A stretch of DNA of 62,613 nucleotides. It comes from Bacteroidota bacterium. Lineage in GTDB: Bacteria > Bacteroidota > Bacteroidia > Chitinophagales > BACL12. The stretch spans positions 1 through 62,613 of the forward strand of contig JANMLV010000284.1 of assembly GCA_031372705.1 (NCBI GenBank), in the 5' to 3' direction. Shown here piece by piece: positions 58,798 to 62,613 of this stretch. The notes below the pieces were generated by a model. The model was given only the letters and a program-made list of their open reading frames with translations, had not been told where the DNA came from and searched no databases. The translations under genes and the position numbers were made by a program. How positions within the stretch are numbered: the stretch's first letter is position 1; the number at the start of each line of letters is the position of its first letter.

Positions 58798-60038
58798 AAC
58801 TACTTAAGCAAACTAACAGGGATTTTATTGTTGCCGCGTCTATAGTATCAGTTATAGCAGGAGTGAGTTTGTATTTTTTAATTACAGGAATCATACGCGA
58901 AGAAACTGTTGATACTTTGGCAGTTAATTGTTTAAGAATTGAAAAAAAAATTGAAAATAATGATGCAGTGCATACACAACTTCCAATTTTGGAGGTAGCA
59001 TACTTGCCGCAATTGCCAAACGTTGCGTATGTTATTACAGACACTGTTATTTTTGATGAAATTGAAGGCGAGCCAACTCAATTTACTTCATTTACTTTGT
59101 ATAAGTTAATTAACGGAAACAATATTGCTATTACTTGCAGAAGTAAAACTATTGAAAATGTAGATGTGTTTTGGGCGGTTTTGAAATCATTTGGCGTATT
59201 CTTGATTTTAATATTTGGCATATTGTTTTTTATGAATAAACGCTCGCATAAAAAAATATGGACATCCTTTTATAAAAATCTAGAAACCGTAAAATCATAT
59301 AGTTTAAAAACAGGTAGTGAATTAAATTTAATGCATACATCTATTGACGAATTTAATGAGTTGAATAATGTGCTTAATAACCTTACTAATCAAATTAGCA
59401 GAGATTATGCTACATTGAAAAATTTTACAGAAAATGCATCACACGAACTGCAAACGCCTTTGAGTATAATTCGAAATAATACTGAACTTTTAATGCAAGC
59501 GAATATTGATGAAAATGTTGTTAAGTATGTTGAAAAAATATATGTTACTACAAATAGAATTTCACATGTTGTTGAGGCGTTGTTATTATTATCTAAAATA
59601 GAAAATAATCAATTTAAAACAGTAAGCTTAATTAACTTCAACGAAGTAATAACGGCCCAAGTAAAAATGTATGCTGAAATATTTGGCGATGCGTTTGCAA
59701 TCGAATTGAAATTGAATGATGTATTTAAACATGAAATGAATTTACAACTTGCAGGTGTATTAGTCAAAAACTTAATAGAAAATGGCCTTAAGCATAAACC
59801 AATCAATGGTAAATTGAACATTTGGATAGATGCTACTAAAATTGTATTTGCCAACCCGGGTGTTAAACCGGTAGGTGAAATAAGTAACTATTTTAACCGC
59901 TTTACTAAAGAAGATGAAGCTTCAAAATCTTCTGGATTAGGTCTTGCCATTGTAAGCGATATTTGCAAAGTTTCCGGGCTACAAGTAAGTGGAGTTTATG
60001 AAGATGGAAACTATCAATTTACAATTTCACAGGCATAA
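58794..60038 (+). CDS. Sensor histidine kinase
   Basis: Two TM helices, ASHELQTPL H-box, NLIENG N-box and GLGLAIV; TTG start overlaps the regulator stop. Confidence 0.92.
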   Translation: MKLLKQTNRDFIVAASIVSVIAGVSLYFLITGIIREETVDTLAVNCLRIEKKIENNDAVHTQLPILEVAYLPQLPNVAYVITDTVIFDEIEGEPTQFTSFTLYKLINGNNIAITCRSKTIENVDVFWAVLKSFGVFLILIFGILFFMNKRSHKKIWTSFYKNLETVKSYSLKTGSELNLMHTSIDEFNELNNVLNNLTNQISRDYATLKNFTENASHELQTPLSIIRNNTELLMQANIDENVVKYVEKIYVTTNRISHVVEALLLLSKIENNQFKTVSLINFNEVITAQVKMYAEIFGDAFAIELKLNDVFKHEMNLQLAGVLVKNLIENGLKHKPINGKLNIWIDATKIVFANPGVKPVGEISNYFNRFTKEDEASKSSGLGLAIVSDICKVSGLQVSGVYEDGNYQFTISQA

Positions 60039-60170
60039 TCTCGTTGGTTATTTGTTTATAGTTGTTTATCAGGTTGCACTCCCGTAACAACTTCAATTTT
60101 TCTACAGATTTTAAATAGAATTTGAACAACTTCTTGATTTTACTTTGCCTTAACTAAAAATTTACAACTT

Positions 60171-61208
60171 ATGAAAGTAGTAATTATTTGTATGCTTATT
60201 GGTAGTTTTTTTAATGCAATAGCTCAACCGGCAACTGATTCGGTAAAAACGAAAAAGTATTTACCCAAACTGGAAGGAGTTATTCAAGTGCACTACCTAA
60301 ATGAATTTAATACTAATGGAGATACTGTTAGAGACCCTGATGGATTCAGAATACTGCGAGCAAGACTTATTGCCTCAGGAAAAATTAGTGAAAAAATTGG
60401 CTATCAGTTAATGATAGATCCACGAGCACCTGAAATTGGTGGCATGTTGAGAGATGCTTACCTTGAATTTAATTTTATTAAAAATCAACAAATTAGAGTT
60501 GGTCAACAAAAAACACAATTCGGGTGGGAAAATTCTACTTCAATAACTAAATTATATACTGTTAATAGAGCCGAAATGTCGGATGCCGTTTGCAGAGGTG
60601 AAAACCTGCGCGATGTTGGCATAGGCCTGCTTGGACATATACCAATAAATGATAATTGGCGGTTTGAAAATGCTATTACATTTACCAATGGTACGCGCAT
60701 GAATGTAGCCGGGCCATTCGATTTTAACTCCAAAAAGGTTTGTTGGGCCCGACTTGGGCTTCAATATAAACAGCATACAAATAAATTAAATATTGGTGGC
60801 TCGTTTGCATTTGGTGGATTGCGATATTTAAATGATTCAATTTATACTCCAACAGATGACATCTATGCTGATATTTGGCGATTTGGAACTGATATTCAAT
60901 TTGATTCGAAATTTTGTTTTTTCGCAGCTGAATTTGCTCAAGGGATAGATAAAGTTCAAGACACTATTTTTGCTGAACCTATTGGATATCAAGCGCAATT
61001 AGCGCTAAAAACTAAATGGAATGCCGGCCCTTTGGTAAGATACGACAGTGCCGAAGATGAATGGAAGGTACTTACAATTGGTGCATATTATGGTATGCCA
61101 AAAGATAAAATCAGGTTTTTAGCAAATTACTTATTTCGTGGCAATGTAACTGATGTTCCAGGCGGGCATGATGACAGATTTTATATTCAAACACAAATTA
61201 CTTTCTAA
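60171..61208 (+). CDS. Outer-membrane porin (phosphate-selective porin O/P-like)
   Basis: Signal peptide, FRILRARL, RDAY, RVGQQK and RDVG patterns; C-terminal Phe (QTQITF). Confidence 0.75.
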   Translation: MKVVIICMLIGSFFNAIAQPATDSVKTKKYLPKLEGVIQVHYLNEFNTNGDTVRDPDGFRILRARLIASGKISEKIGYQLMIDPRAPEIGGMLRDAYLEFNFIKNQQIRVGQQKTQFGWENSTSITKLYTVNRAEMSDAVCRGENLRDVGIGLLGHIPINDNWRFENAITFTNGTRMNVAGPFDFNSKKVCWARLGLQYKQHTNKLNIGGSFAFGGLRYLNDSIYTPTDDIYADIWRFGTDIQFDSKFCFFAAEFAQGIDKVQDTIFAEPIGYQAQLALKTKWNAGPLVRYDSAEDEWKVLTIGAYYGMPKDKIRFLANYLFRGNVTDVPGGHDDRFYIQTQITF

Positions 61209-61517
61209 AGCTTAAAATCCGCTAGTGCATTTAAAGCTATAAAATTTGCTGCATAATAATAAAATTTAGTAATTCAGGTCAATGCCAATCGCTTTTTATT
61301 TTTCTAATTTAATTGAATTTTTAGCTCAGATGCTTTAGTCCATTCTACTGATTATTTGGAGAAAACAGCATTTATTAACTCATTTTAATTTTGCTTCACT
61401 AAATAATTGTGGAAGTTCATCATGAATTTAAGCGGTTTCATCAAATACTTTCCAATATCTTGCATTTTACATCATACATTTAATGATTGTTAATTTGCGA
61501 TTTTTAAATCCTATCCA

Positions 61518-62613
61518 ATGAAACTGATTTTGTCATTTATAGCATTAATTTCCACTGGCATAATTTATGGTCAAGATGGGGAACTAGATTTTACATTTAG
61601 TGAAGATGGCGTGTATTCGATAGATTATTCGGGCACACGTGAAAGTGGTAAAGCGGTTGCAATAAGACCGGACGGAAAAATTTTAATTGCGGGTGTGCAG
61701 AATGACTCCGCTATTTTTTTATTGCAATTAAATGCTGATGGTTCGAATGATGCTACTTTTGGAACAGATGGCTTGCTTTTTTTGGATGATTATGTATTTG
61801 TTTACAATGGCACAGGTCCAAAGTTTCTAAGTATGAAACTGCAAACTGATAATAAAATTCTAATAGCCGGAAGTATTAGTCATCCGGATAATTGGGGCGT
61901 AATGGGCTTGTTTCGACTGCTCCCAAATGGAAGCCCCGATTTTACATTTGGCGAATTCGGTAATCCCGTTGGCATTGATTTGGGATTGGATCAAGGATAT
62001 GAAATGCAGCCTCGCGATTTTGCCGTGCAATCGGATGGTAAAATTGTGGTGGCTGCAAACTATTCGGCCTATTCGGCAACCGCTGCTTGGGATAGGCCTT
62101 TTGTTAAGCGTTACAATACTGACGGAACATTGGATCTTACATTAAATGGCACCGGTTATATTCTTGGTAATGAAGGAGAAAAAGCAGCTGGAATTGCTGT
62201 CCAGAGTGATGGAAAAATTTTGGTAAGTAACGGGCAAACAAGATTATTTAGATATAATGCTGATGGCAGTATTGATCTAACATTTAGTAGTGATGGCATG
62301 GTAAATATTTCCTATAGTTCTTACGACCAGGCAATTTTTGTGCAGCTCGATGGTAAGATATTAATTGGATTTGAGTACGGGGGATATTATATTTATAAAT
62401 ATACTGCTGATGGCGATTTAGATACTGAATTCAGTGAGACCGGCAAGATTAGTGTTGGTATCGAAACAAATTTAAGGAGTCACCCTATGGCCATTGCACC
62501 GGATGGCAAAATTATAGTTGCAGGTTACGAATCCGGGTTTGAAGATGACTCAACACCAAAATTAGCACGTGTGAATAAGTATGGCGAATTAGATTTTACC
62601 TTTAATGATGATG
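61518..62613 (+). CDS. Secreted delta-60 repeat beta-propeller protein (partial, runs off the right edge)
   Basis: Not in the ORF track because it has no stop. Translation begins MKLILSFIALISTGIIYGQDGELDFTFSEDG..AIRPDGKILIAG..LNADGSNDATFG, with further QSDGKIVV and YNTDGTLD repeats. Confidence 0.85.
   Translation, partial: MKLILSFIALISTGIIYGQDGELDFTFSEDGVYSIDYSGTRESGKAVAIRPDGKILIAGVQNDSAIFLLQLNADGSNDATFGTDGLLFLDDYVFVYNGTGPKFLSMKLQTDNKILIAGSISHPDNWGVMGLFRLLPNGSPDFTFGEFGNPVGIDLGLDQGYEMQPRDFAVQSDGKIVVAANYSAYSATAAWDRPFVKRYNTDGTLDLTLNGTGYILGNEGEKAAGIAVQSDGKILVSNGQTRLFRYNADGSIDLTFSSDGMVNISYSSYDQAIFVQLDGKILIGFEYGGYYIYKYTADGDLDTEFSETGKISVGIETNLRSHPMAIAPDGKIIVAGYESGFEDDSTPKLARVNKYGELDFTFNDD

Overview
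AT-rich chromosomal segment of a Bacteroidota genome. The assignment rests on gldC, T9SS type A and type B cargo proteins, a PorV/PorQ-family gene, TAnnTTTG promoters and Bacteroidota gene neighbourhoods (coaX-OMP-lptC, CBS-nadK, mutL-rhomboid-rhomboid-EEP, hpt/adk/obgE). Bases 1-1.3 kb are the edge of an integrative element sitting at the 3' end of tRNA-Phe(GAA). This edge holds an IS21-type end inserted into a decayed HNH gene, an excisionase-like HTH gene and tandem arm-like repeats. The intact tRNA is preceded in its transcription unit by a second, broken tRNA-Phe copy carrying two related palindromic insertions. Most of the rest is housekeeping, envelope and T9SS genes with scattered REP-like palindromes. 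The strongest candidate for an uncharacterised system is a tightly coupled 7-gene operon at 35.0-42.9 kb: three cobalamin-binding radical SAM enzymes, two SAM methyltransferases, a GT4 glycosyltransferase and an HTH-nucleotidyltransferase-like protein. It is bracketed by two paralogous T9SS type B surface proteins that share a stalk but have different head domains. Family calls come from motif recognition only; no database searches were run.
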